In this document: in pieces, positions 28,025-36,747 of the stretch | Position numbering within the stretch: the stretch's first letter is position 1 | How the letters are laid out: each line of letters opens with the position of its first letter | The notes under the pieces: generated by a model | Seen by the model: only the letters and a program-made list of their open reading frames with translations | Databases searched by the model: none | Told to the model about the DNA's origin: nothing | Position numbers and translations under genes: made by a program | Source of the DNA: an uncultured Candidatus Saccharibacteria bacterium | Lineage (GTDB): Bacteria; Patescibacteriota; Minisyncoccia; Minisyncoccales; CAZJYT01 | Assembly (NCBI GenBank): GCA_964552375.1 | Contig: CAZKFX010000001.1 | Location: 3,929-67,928 of the forward strand | Direction of reading: 5' to 3' | Length of the DNA stretch: 64,000 nucleotides

Positions 28025-30055
28025 ATGCTTTTTTCTTTCCAATTTTTACAATCTTTTTTTGATAAAAAGCTTCCCCCTCCAAAAAAGTTGGCAGAGATTT
28101 TAACCAATCATATTTTTGAGGTGGAAAATGTAGAAAAAAAAGATAAAGATTATGTTTTAGATATTGATATTTTGCCAAACAGAGGAGATTGCCTTTCTCA
28201 TTTAGGATTGGCAAGAGAAATTTCAGCTATTTTAAATTTAAAATTAAAAGCACCAAAAATAAAAATTAAAGAATCAAAAGAAAAAATTGAAAAATATGTT
28301 TCTTTGGAGGTTAAAGATAAAACTTGCAAAAGATATACTGCCAGATTAATAAGAGGTATAAAAGTTTCTCAGTCTCCTTTGTGGTTAAAAAAGAGATTAG
28401 AAATTTGTGGCCTAAATTCTATAAATAATGTTGTTGATATTTTAAATTATGTAATGCTTGAATTTGGTCAACCCTTACATGCTTTTGATTTTGATAAAAT
28501 TTCTTTGCCCAAAAAAATAATTGTCAGAAATGCAAAAGAAGGAGAAGAAATAGTTAGTTTAGATGGGAAAAAATATAAATTAGACAGAGAGATATTATTA
28601 ATTGCTGATTCAAAAAAGCCCTTAGCAATAGCTGGAATTAAAGGAGGAAAGGAAGCTGAAATTAAAAAAGAGACAAAAAATATTTTAATTGAAAGTGCTA
28701 ATTTTGAGGGACCAAAAATTAGAAAGGCCTGCCGGAAATTAAAATTATTTACCGAAGCCTCAAAGAGATTTGAACATCGAATAGACCCCAATTTAACTGA
28801 GATTGCTCTAGAAAGAGCTTGCCAATTAATTCAACAAATTTGTGGAGGTGAGATTTTAAAAGGAAAATTGGATTTTTATTTAGAAAAAGAATCTCCAAGG
28901 ATTGTGGCTTTGGACTTTAAAAATTTAAGAGAAATTTTAGGGATTCATATTTCTCAAAAAGAAGTTAAAAGAATTTTGAATTCTCTTGGGTTCAAAACCA
29001 AAAAAGAGAAAGAAAAGTTAATAGTTAAAATCCCCACATTTAGAAGAGATATTTTTTTGCCAGAAGATTTAATTGAAGAAGTGGGAAGAATTGTAGGTTA
29101 TGAGAAGATTCCAATTGAGTTTCCAAAGGTATTTTTAGTACCTCCAAAAAGGAATTTGGAAATTTTCTGGCAAGAAATGACAAGAGATATTTTAAAAGAA
29201 ATGGGATTTTGTGAGGTTTATAATTATTCTTTTTTGAGCAAAAGAGAAATTGAAATTTTTGATTTTTTGCCAAATGAAGTAATAGAAATTGAAAATCCAA
29301 CTAGTGAAAAATTCCAATTTTTAAGACCAAGTTTAATTCCTAATTTGTTAAAAAACATTAAAAAGAATTTGCCCTATTTTAAAGAAATAAAAATTTTTGA
29401 GATAGGAAAAATTTTTAAAAAGGAAAATTCTCAAAAGATTTTAGAGAAAAAAATGCTTAGTGGAGCTCTTTTTGGAGAGAAGTTTTTTGAAGCTAAAGGA
29501 ACAGTAGAGGTTTTGCTAAATAAATTGGGTATAGCAAATGTTTGGTTTGATGAATATCAAGCTGTCCCCACTCAAACCAAAATTTCTATTTGGCATCCTA
29601 AAAGGTGTGCTGAAATTAAAATTAATCAAGAAAAAATAGGATTTTTAGGAGAAATTTGTGGTGATATTTTAGAAAAATATGAAATCTCTGGAAAGGTAAC
29701 TTTTTTTGATATTGATTTTGAAAAGTTCTCAAAATTGGCTTCAGAGGAACACGAATATCAACCCATTTCTCCCTATCCAGCGATAATAAGAGATATTGCT
29801 ATTTTGGTACCTAAAAAAGTAAAAGTTGTACAAATTTTAAATGTGATAAATTCTGTTGGCAAAGGATTAATTAGAGATGTTGATTTATTTGATATTTATG
29901 AAGATAAAGAGTTTTCAGAAGGAAAAAAGAGTTTAGCTTTTAGAATTGTTTATCAAGCAAAAGATAGGGCCTTGAGTCCAGAAGAGGTAGAAAAAGTTCA
30001 AGAAAATATTATTGAGGCTTTAGAAAAAAATCCTGACTGGAAAGTAAGAAGGTAA
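28025..30055 (+). CDS. pheT: Phenylalanyl-tRNA synthetase beta subunit (short, no B2 OB domain)
   Basis: PNRGDCLSH.GLARE, GQPLHAFD, PTFRRDI, DLIEEVGR, LRPSL, FDX-ACB C-terminus. Confidence 0.96.
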   Translation: MLFSFQFLQSFFDKKLPPPKKLAEILTNHIFEVENVEKKDKDYVLDIDILPNRGDCLSHLGLAREISAILNLKLKAPKIKIKESKEKIEKYVSLEVKDKTCKRYTARLIRGIKVSQSPLWLKKRLEICGLNSINNVVDILNYVMLEFGQPLHAFDFDKISLPKKIIVRNAKEGEEIVSLDGKKYKLDREILLIADSKKPLAIAGIKGGKEAEIKKETKNILIESANFEGPKIRKACRKLKLFTEASKRFEHRIDPNLTEIALERACQLIQQICGGEILKGKLDFYLEKESPRIVALDFKNLREILGIHISQKEVKRILNSLGFKTKKEKEKLIVKIPTFRRDIFLPEDLIEEVGRIVGYEKIPIEFPKVFLVPPKRNLEIFWQEMTRDILKEMGFCEVYNYSFLSKREIEIFDFLPNEVIEIENPTSEKFQFLRPSLIPNLLKNIKKNLPYFKEIKIFEIGKIFKKENSQKILEKKMLSGALFGEKFFEAKGTVEVLLNKLGIANVWFDEYQAVPTQTKISIWHPKRCAEIKINQEKIGFLGEICGDILEKYEISGKVTFFDIDFEKFSKLASEEHEYQPISPYPAIIRDIAILVPKKVKVVQILNVINSVGKGLIRDVDLFDIYEDKEFSEGKKSLAFRIVYQAKDRALSPEEVEKVQENIIEALEKNPDWKVRR

Positions 30056-30061
30056 ATTTTT

Positions 30062-30643
30062 ATGAGAGAAAAGCTTAGAATTAGAGAAAGCAGAAAAGAA
30101 AATGCAAGAGAAAACGAAAAAGCGGGGAATGAAATTGATAAGCTAAAAAACCTCTTGGGTTTATTTGAAGAAGGAAAAATTTTAAATTTAGTTCAAGAGA
30201 TTATCACAGAACAGCCAGAACTTTCCTTTTTTAAGGTAGCAGAGGAAATTCAAAAAATTACAGGAAAGTCTTCCAAGTCTGTTTACACAACACTCACATT
30301 ATTAGAAAGACAAGGCATAATACAAAAAGGAGAAAGAGAAGATAAAATAAAAATTGAAAATATTAATTGGGAAAAAGCAAGAGATTTGTGGGATGAAAGT
30401 GACCATAAAAAAATTTTAGAGTTTATTAATGAGAAAGGTAATGTTACCATAAAAGAAATTCAAGAAAATTTTAGGTTTTCTTCTTCTAAGGTTAGAAAAA
30501 TAGTGAGACAATTAAAAGAAAAAAAATTAATAAAGGTTATAAATTTTGGGATTCCTCATATAATTTGTTCTATAGATAAATTAAATGAGACTTCAAATCT
30601 TAAAGAATTATTTGAAATAAAAAACAAAAAGAAAAAACAATGA
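30062..30643 (+). CDS. Orphan tandem winged-helix protein
   Basis: KSSKSVYTTLTLLERQGII and KILEFINEKGNVTIKEIQENFRFSSSKVRKIVRQLKEKKLI; start MREKL. Confidence 0.6.
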   Translation: MREKLRIRESRKENARENEKAGNEIDKLKNLLGLFEEGKILNLVQEIITEQPELSFFKVAEEIQKITGKSSKSVYTTLTLLERQGIIQKGEREDKIKIENINWEKARDLWDESDHKKILEFINEKGNVTIKEIQENFRFSSSKVRKIVRQLKEKKLIKVINFGIPHIICSIDKLNETSNLKELFEIKNKKKKQ

Positions 30644-32556
30644 AAGAGAATGAAAAGAAAATAGATTATAGTGCTAAAGATATTCAGGTGCTTGAAGGTT
30701 TAGAACCTGTAAGGAAGAGGCCAGGGATGTATATTGGTTCTACTGATACTGAGGGCTTGCATCATCTTCTTGTTGAAGTAGTTGCTAATGCGGTAGATGA
30801 GGCGATAATGGGTTATTGTTCAGAGATTAAAGTTTTCCTTTTGCCAAAAAACGGAATTGAAGTCCAAGATAATGGAAGAGGAATTCCTGTAGATATTCAT
30901 CCCAAGACAAAAAAATCAGCTTTAGAAACGGTAATGACATATTTGCATGCGGGAGCAAAATTTGGAGGAAAAATTTATCTCTCTACAGGAGGACTGCATG
31001 GAGTGGGAATTTCTGCAGTTTGTGCCCTTTCTTCTTATTTGAAAGCAGAAGTTTGTAGAGGAGGAGAGAGATATTGTCAAGAATATTCAAGAGGAAAGGC
31101 CATTTCTCCTTTAAAGAAAATAGGAAAATGCTCAAATAGCGGAACCTCAATTTATTTTGAGCCAGATCCTCAAATTTTCAAAACAATTAAATGGAATTTC
31201 AAAAAAATTTTAAATCATTTAAGACAACAAGCTTATTTGACAAAAAAACTAAAAATTACCCTCTTTGATAAAAGAAAAAAACCCTTTACTTCTTATACTC
31301 TTTATTTTGAAGGGGGTTTGCCTTCTTATATAAAATATCTCACCAGAGGAGCAGAACCCTTGCATCAAAACATTTATTATGGATTTGGCGAAAAAGAAGG
31401 AACAATTGTAGAAGCTTCTTTTTTGTATACAAAAGAGATGGAATGCTATGAAGAAAGCTTTGCTAATAATGTATTTACACCAGGGGGAGGTACTCATTTG
31501 ACCGGCTTTAGAAGTGCCCTAACTAGAACTCTTAATGATTTTGCCAGAAAAAATGGATTTTTAAAGGAAAAAGATGAAAATTTAAGTGGAGAAGATATCA
31601 GGGAAGGATTGACAGCGGTGGTTTCAATTAAAATTAGAGATCCTCAATTTGAAGGTCAGACAAAGGCAAAATTAGGAAATTCAGAAGCAAAGGCGATAGT
31701 AGAACAAATAGTTGCACAAACTCTTTCTGAATTTTTAGAAAGACATCCCCAAGATGCCAAAGCTATTATTGAAAAATGTATTTTAGCCCAAAAAGCAAGA
31801 AAAGCGGCAAAGGCAGCAAGAGAGACAGTGCTAAAAAAAGGAATTCTAAGAGGTTTGGCTTTACCCGGGAAACTGGCAGATTGTGTTTCAAGAAAACCTC
31901 AAGAAAGTGAATTGTTTATTGTAGAAGGAGAGTCAGCAGGGGGAAGTTCCAGACAGGCAAGAGATCGTCATTTTCAGGCAATTTTACCTTTAAAAGGAAA
32001 AATTTTAAATGTAGAAAGGGCGAGATTAAATAAGATTTTGGCCTCCAAAGAGATAAAAAATTTAATAATTGCTTTAGGTACTGCCATTGGTGAAGATTTC
32101 AATCCAGACAAAGCGAGATATCATCGGATAATAATAATGTGTGATGCTGATAGTGATGGCAATCACATTAAAACCTTACTTTTAACTCTTTTTTACAGAT
32201 ATTTTAAACCACTAATTGAGAGGGGATATTTATATATTGCTCAACCCCCTCTCTACAAAATTCAAATTGGAAAAGAAGTAAAATATGCTTATAGTGAACA
32301 AGAAAAAGAAAAAATTTTAAAGAAAATTAAAAACAAAGCGGTTTCCATTCAAAGATATAAAGGATTGGGAGAAATGAATAGCCAAGAATTATGGGAGACT
32401 ACAATGAATCCTAAAAATAGGGTTTTGCTTAAAGTGACCATTGAAGATGCCAAAGAAGCAGATAGAATTTTTGATATTTTAATGGGAAATGAAGTATTAC
32501 CTCGGAAAAAGTTTATTCAAAATTACGCCAAATCTGTTAAAAATTTAGACATTTAA
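30640..32556 (+). CDS. gyrB: DNA gyrase subunit B
   Basis: LEGLEPVRKRPGMYIG, GGLHGVG, PQFEGQTK, LPGKLADC, VEGESAGG, QRYKGLGEM. Confidence 0.93.
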   Translation: MKENEKKIDYSAKDIQVLEGLEPVRKRPGMYIGSTDTEGLHHLLVEVVANAVDEAIMGYCSEIKVFLLPKNGIEVQDNGRGIPVDIHPKTKKSALETVMTYLHAGAKFGGKIYLSTGGLHGVGISAVCALSSYLKAEVCRGGERYCQEYSRGKAISPLKKIGKCSNSGTSIYFEPDPQIFKTIKWNFKKILNHLRQQAYLTKKLKITLFDKRKKPFTSYTLYFEGGLPSYIKYLTRGAEPLHQNIYYGFGEKEGTIVEASFLYTKEMECYEESFANNVFTPGGGTHLTGFRSALTRTLNDFARKNGFLKEKDENLSGEDIREGLTAVVSIKIRDPQFEGQTKAKLGNSEAKAIVEQIVAQTLSEFLERHPQDAKAIIEKCILAQKARKAAKAARETVLKKGILRGLALPGKLADCVSRKPQESELFIVEGESAGGSSRQARDRHFQAILPLKGKILNVERARLNKILASKEIKNLIIALGTAIGEDFNPDKARYHRIIIMCDADSDGNHIKTLLLTLFYRYFKPLIERGYLYIAQPPLYKIQIGKEVKYAYSEQEKEKILKKIKNKAVSIQRYKGLGEMNSQELWETTMNPKNRVLLKVTIEDAKEADRIFDILMGNEVLPRKKFIQNYAKSVKNLDI

Positions 32557-32560
32557 AAAT

Positions 32561-33295
32561 GTGATAATTAAAAAAGTAAAGACAAGGGTTTTTTTACCTC
32601 CAAAAGATGATTTATTTTCTTTAATCAAAGAATCTCTGACTAATTTAAAAGAAAATTCAGTGATTGTTTTTACTTCAAAAATTGTGTCTATTTGGGAAGG
32701 GAGATGTATAAGAAAAAGTTTAGTTAAAAATAGAGAAGAATTAATTAAAAAAGAGGCAAAATTTTATATTAAAGAAAATAATTCTTTTTTAACCATTAAA
32801 CACAATAGCATTTTACCTTCAGCAGGTATTGATGAATCAAACGGAGATGAATATTACATTCTTTTACCAAAACACCCCTTTTTAAGTGCCAAAAAAATTT
32901 ATTATTTTATCAAAACTACTTACAAATTAAAAAAATTTGGTATAATTATCTCTGATAGCCATACAATTCCCCTAAGAAAAGGAACAATAGGAATTTCTTT
33001 GGCATATTGGGGAATAAAGCCCTTAAGAGATTATAGAGGAAAGAAAGATATTTTTGGAAGAAAATTGAAAGTTACTCAATTAAACATTGTAGATTCATTA
33101 GCTGCAATAGCTAATTTAGCAATGGGAGAAGGCAAAGAAAGGACACCAATTGTGATAATTGAAAATTTAAAAGAAGTAGAATTTGAAGAAAAAGCAGGAA
33201 AAATTAATTACTTAAAAATAAATAGAGAAAGAGATATTTATAAACCTTTGCTTTCAGTATTTAAAAATGGAAAAAGTAAACATAAGGAAAAGTAA
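32561..33295 (+). CDS. CofE-like (F420-0:gamma-glutamyl ligase family) protein
   Basis: TSKIVSIWEG, SAGIDESN, IISDS, DIFGRKLKVT, MGEGKERTP. Confidence 0.8.
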   Translation: MIIKKVKTRVFLPPKDDLFSLIKESLTNLKENSVIVFTSKIVSIWEGRCIRKSLVKNREELIKKEAKFYIKENNSFLTIKHNSILPSAGIDESNGDEYYILLPKHPFLSAKKIYYFIKTTYKLKKFGIIISDSHTIPLRKGTIGISLAYWGIKPLRDYRGKKDIFGRKLKVTQLNIVDSLAAIANLAMGEGKERTPIVIIENLKEVEFEEKAGKINYLKINRERDIYKPLLSVFKNGKSKHKEK

Positions 33296-33542
33296 AAATT
33301 TAATTTATCAAAACTTTTCTATTTTGGCAGATGGTTCGGGTGTAAGAAATCCTCCATCAAAATCTATTTTGCAAAAATTTGAATATTACGAAAATAAAAT
33401 AATTTTGCATTTTAAAAATTTTTATATTGCTGAAATTAAAGCCAAAAATTTAGATGGCGAAAGAGAACTTTATAAAATAGCCCAAAGATTACCCGAATTT
33501 GTTGGAAAAAGCTACGAAGAGATTTTAAATTTTAACTTTTAA
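33267..33542 (+). CDS. Hypothetical protein
   Basis: 91 aa ORF filling the gap in a co-directional operon; no motif recognised. Confidence 0.55.
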   Translation: MEKVNIRKSKNLIYQNFSILADGSGVRNPPSKSILQKFEYYENKIILHFKNFYIAEIKAKNLDGERELYKIAQRLPEFVGKSYEEILNFNF

Positions 33543-33550
33543 TTTAATTT

Positions 33551-33979
33551 ATGATAGAAATAAACAATTTGACCGGAAGAGAAATTAATGATGGTCTTTT
33601 AAAAAAAATATCAGAAAGTGTTTTAAAAGAAGAAGGAAAAGAGAAAGAAAATTTATCAATTGCTTTTGTGGGTCCAAATAGAATTAGAAGATTAAACAGA
33701 GAATTTAAGGGTAAAAATAGGGTGACAGAAATTTTGGTTTTTCCAAATAAAAAAGTTCAATTTGGACCCTACAAGTCAGGAGATTTAAGAGAAATGGAAG
33801 GGATAGGAGAAATAGTAATTTGTCCGAGAGAAATAAAGAAAAAAGTGAAAAGGCAAGGAGGTGATTTTGAAAAGGAATTAGTTAAAAGTTTAATTTTTGG
33901 AATTTTGCTTTTGACTAGAGAGAAAAAAGAAGAAATTGAACAAAAAAAAGAATATTATTTTTCAAAATATTTAAAATAA
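33551..33979 (+). CDS. ybeY: YbeY-like protein lacking the metal-binding histidines
   Basis: LSIAFVG...IRRLNREF...TEILVFP...GEIVICP; HGxLHLxGYDH is replaced by FGILLLTREK. Confidence 0.78.
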   Translation: MIEINNLTGREINDGLLKKISESVLKEEGKEKENLSIAFVGPNRIRRLNREFKGKNRVTEILVFPNKKVQFGPYKSGDLREMEGIGEIVICPREIKKKVKRQGGDFEKELVKSLIFGILLLTREKKEEIEQKKEYYFSKYLK

Positions 33980-33986
33980 AATTTTC

Positions 33987-35207
33987 ATGGCAAAAAAAAT
34001 TTTTTTGAGTGCCATTGATATTGGCTCTTCAAAAATTAAATTAGCTATAGCTAGAGAAGGAAAAGAAGGAATTGAGATTTTAAGTAATTTACAAATTCCT
34101 TCTTTCGGAGTGAGAAGGGGGGTGGTGATAAACCCAGAAAAGACCGCTGAGAAAATTGATTTTTTAATTGAAAAAGCTCAAGAAGAAACCGGAGGAAAAA
34201 TTAGAGAAGTTATCGTTAATATTGGTGGTGCCCATCTTTTTTCCAAAAATTCTCGGGGATTAGTTTCTGTATCCAGGGCGGATCAGAAAATTTCTCAACA
34301 AGATATTAACCGAGTTTTGGAAGCTTCAAAGACAGTTTCTTTGGGTTCCAATCAAGAAATTTTAGATATTTTTCCTAAAGAATTTATTGTTGATGGACAA
34401 CGAGGAATTAAAAACCCCCTTGATTTAAATGGGGTGAGATTAGAAGTAGAGGCAGTGGTTGTAGGAGGTTTTTCGCCTTATATTAGAAATTGTCGCGAAA
34501 CTATTTCTCTTTGTGATCTTTCTTTGATAGATTTGGTGCCCACTCCTTTGGCTAGTGCCTTGGGAGTTTTAAGGTCTAGAGAGAAAGAATTAGGAGTGGC
34601 GGTTGTAGATATCGGAGCTGGAACCACAAATTTATGTGTTTTTGAAGAACAAAATTTAATTCATTTAGCTGTCTTTCCAATGGGATCTGCAAATATTACT
34701 AATGATATTGCTATTTGTCTAAAAATAGATATTGATTTAGCAGAAAGAATAAAAATTAAATATGGAAGTTGCCTTAAAGAAAAAGCAGAAAAGAGATTAC
34801 ATAAAAATGAGAAAATAAAAATAGAAACCAAAGAAATCTTTTCTTTCAGTAAAAAATTGTTAGCTCAAATAATTGAAGCAAGAATTGTGGAGATTTTTAA
34901 AGAAGTTCAAAAGGAATTAAAGAAAATTGGCAAAGACCAAAAACTTCCTGCAGGAGTAGTTTTAACTGGAGGAGGTGCCAAACTTCCCTATTTAAAAGAG
35001 TTGGCTAAAAAATATTTGAGATTGCCCTGTAGAATAGGATATCCAATAGGTTTTCCTTCTCAATTTAATGATCTTTCTTTTTCTGTTTTGGCAGGTTTGA
35101 TTTTAAGAACTGTTGAAAGAGAGGACTTTTTCCCTGAAGAGAAGGTTTTAAATGGAAAAAAAATATTTGAGCATATTAAAAAAATTTTTAAGTTTTTTTT
35201 ACCTTAA
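33987..35207 (+). CDS. ftsA: Cell division protein FtsA
   Basis: IDIGSSK, GVRRGVV, VVDIGAGTT, ITNDIA, VLTGGGA, C-terminal amphipathic helix KIFEHIKKIFKFFLP. Confidence 0.95.
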   Translation: MAKKIFLSAIDIGSSKIKLAIAREGKEGIEILSNLQIPSFGVRRGVVINPEKTAEKIDFLIEKAQEETGGKIREVIVNIGGAHLFSKNSRGLVSVSRADQKISQQDINRVLEASKTVSLGSNQEILDIFPKEFIVDGQRGIKNPLDLNGVRLEVEAVVVGGFSPYIRNCRETISLCDLSLIDLVPTPLASALGVLRSREKELGVAVVDIGAGTTNLCVFEEQNLIHLAVFPMGSANITNDIAICLKIDIDLAERIKIKYGSCLKEKAEKRLHKNEKIKIETKEIFSFSKKLLAQIIEARIVEIFKEVQKELKKIGKDQKLPAGVVLTGGGAKLPYLKELAKKYLRLPCRIGYPIGFPSQFNDLSFSVLAGLILRTVEREDFFPEEKVLNGKKIFEHIKKIFKFFLP

Positions 35208-35213
35208 AAATCT

Positions 35214-36152
35214 ATGAGGTATCAACCCAAAATTAAAGTAATAGGAATTGGAGGGGCTGGAGGAAATACGATTTCCAGATTAAAAAAACTTAAAGCTGAA
35301 GGGGTAGAATTAATAGCTTTAAATACTGATGCTCAAGATTTGAAAAAGACAAAAGCTCATTTGAAAATTAGAATTGGAAAGAAATTAACTCAGGGATTAG
35401 GAACTGGAATGGATTGGCAAACAGGCGAAAGGGCAGTTATGGAACAAAAAGAAGAAATAAAAGAGGTTTTAAAAGATGCAGATTTAGTTTTTATTACTTT
35501 AGGATTAGGAGGAGGAACAGGTTCTGGCGGAGCCCCAGTGATTGCTGAGATTTGTAGAGAACTGAAAATTTTAACTTTGGTTGTAGCAACAATTCCTTTT
35601 TCTTTTGAGGGAGAATTAAGAAAAAAGATAGCCCAAATTACAATAGAAAAATTAAGACAAAAAGTGGATAGTTTAATTTTAATTCCCAATGATAAACTTT
35701 TGGAAAGTTTTGATTTTAAAATTTCTGTTTCTGAGGCTTTTTGGAGGGCTGATGAGATATTGAGAGAGGCAATTTTAGGAATTATAGATTTGGTAAGTGG
35801 CCCTGGTTTAATTAATGTTGATTTTGGCAACCTTAAAACGATTTTAAAAAATTCTGGAAAGGCTTATTTTGGTATTGGAAAAGGTTTTGGCGAAAAGAGA
35901 ATAGAAAAAGCAACAAATTCAGCTCTGTTTTCACCTTTAATAGAAATTTCTCCTAAAAAAGCCAAAGGAGTTTTGTTCAATGTTTCAGGTAGAGAGATTT
36001 CTTTGGGGGAGGTTGAACAAATAGCCCAATTTCTTTCAGAAAAAGTTCATCCCGAAGCTAAAATAATTTTTGGAGCCAAAGAGGATTTAAGCTTGAAGAA
36101 AGGAGAAATAAAAGTAATTTTAATTTTAACTAATTTTAATGACTCTTTTTGA
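35214..36152 (+). CDS. ftsZ: FtsZ (intact GTP pocket, T7 D->N, no C-terminal tail)
   Basis: GIGGAGGN, NTDAQ, GLGTG, GGGTGSG, PFSFEG..R, INVDFGNL; ends ILTNFNDSF at 312 aa. Confidence 0.93.
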   Translation: MRYQPKIKVIGIGGAGGNTISRLKKLKAEGVELIALNTDAQDLKKTKAHLKIRIGKKLTQGLGTGMDWQTGERAVMEQKEEIKEVLKDADLVFITLGLGGGTGSGGAPVIAEICRELKILTLVVATIPFSFEGELRKKIAQITIEKLRQKVDSLILIPNDKLLESFDFKISVSEAFWRADEILREAILGIIDLVSGPGLINVDFGNLKTILKNSGKAYFGIGKGFGEKRIEKATNSALFSPLIEISPKKAKGVLFNVSGREISLGEVEQIAQFLSEKVHPEAKIIFGAKEDLSLKKGEIKVILILTNFNDSF

Positions 36153-36163
36153 AAGATACAAAA

Positions 36164-36192
36164 TTGACAAGAAGATTATAAAGTGATATAAA
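36164..36192 (+). promoter_or_regulatory. Sigma70-type promoter of ppa
   Basis: TTGACA-17 nt-TATAAA with TG extension. Confidence 0.65.
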
Positions 36193-36203
36193 ATCAAAAA
36201 ATC

Positions 36204-36710
36204 ATGAAAAAGAAAGAAAATTTAAAAATTCTTGTCTTTGTAGAAATTCCTAAGGGTTCTTGTCAAAAATACGAATTTGATGAAAATTTGGGAAAAATAA
36301 AGTTAGATAGGACATTATATAGTCCAATGTATTTTCCTTTTGAATATGGATTTATAAAAGACACTAGGGGCGAAGACGGCGATCCTTTAGATTGTGTTTT
36401 AATTACTTCTTTTCCCACTTTTCCTGGATGTTTGGTTGAGGCAAGACCTATTGGGGTTTTGGAAATGGAAGATGAGGCGGGCAAAGACAATAAAATTTTG
36501 GCCCTACCCATAGAAAAAATTGATCCAAGATTGGCTTTTATAAAAGATATTAAAGATTTACCAGAACATTGGAAAAAAGAGATTAAAGAATTTTTTGAAA
36601 ATTATAAAAAGTTAGAACCTGGAAAATGGGTGAAACTTAAAGGATTTAAATCAAAAAAGGAGGCAGAAAAATTAATTTTGAAGGCAAAGGTCAAAAATAA
36701 TAAAAATTAA
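36204..36710 (+). CDS. ppa: Family I inorganic pyrophosphatase
   Basis: VEIPKGS..KYE, LDR, YGFI, DGDPLD, MEDEAGKDNK, FFENYK. Confidence 0.96.
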   Translation: MKKKENLKILVFVEIPKGSCQKYEFDENLGKIKLDRTLYSPMYFPFEYGFIKDTRGEDGDPLDCVLITSFPTFPGCLVEARPIGVLEMEDEAGKDNKILALPIEKIDPRLAFIKDIKDLPEHWKKEIKEFFENYKKLEPGKWVKLKGFKSKKEAEKLILKAKVKNNKN

Positions 36711-36746
36711 AAACAAAAGGTCAAAAAAATAATAAAAATTAAAAAA
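36685..36746 (+). repeat. Imperfect tandem duplication (about 30 bp unit) carrying the AAAGGTC leader motif
   Basis: CAAAGGTCAAAAATAATAAAAATTAAAAA followed by CAAAAGGTCAAAAAAATAATAAAAATTAAAAAA. Confidence 0.8.
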
Positions 36747-36747
36747 T

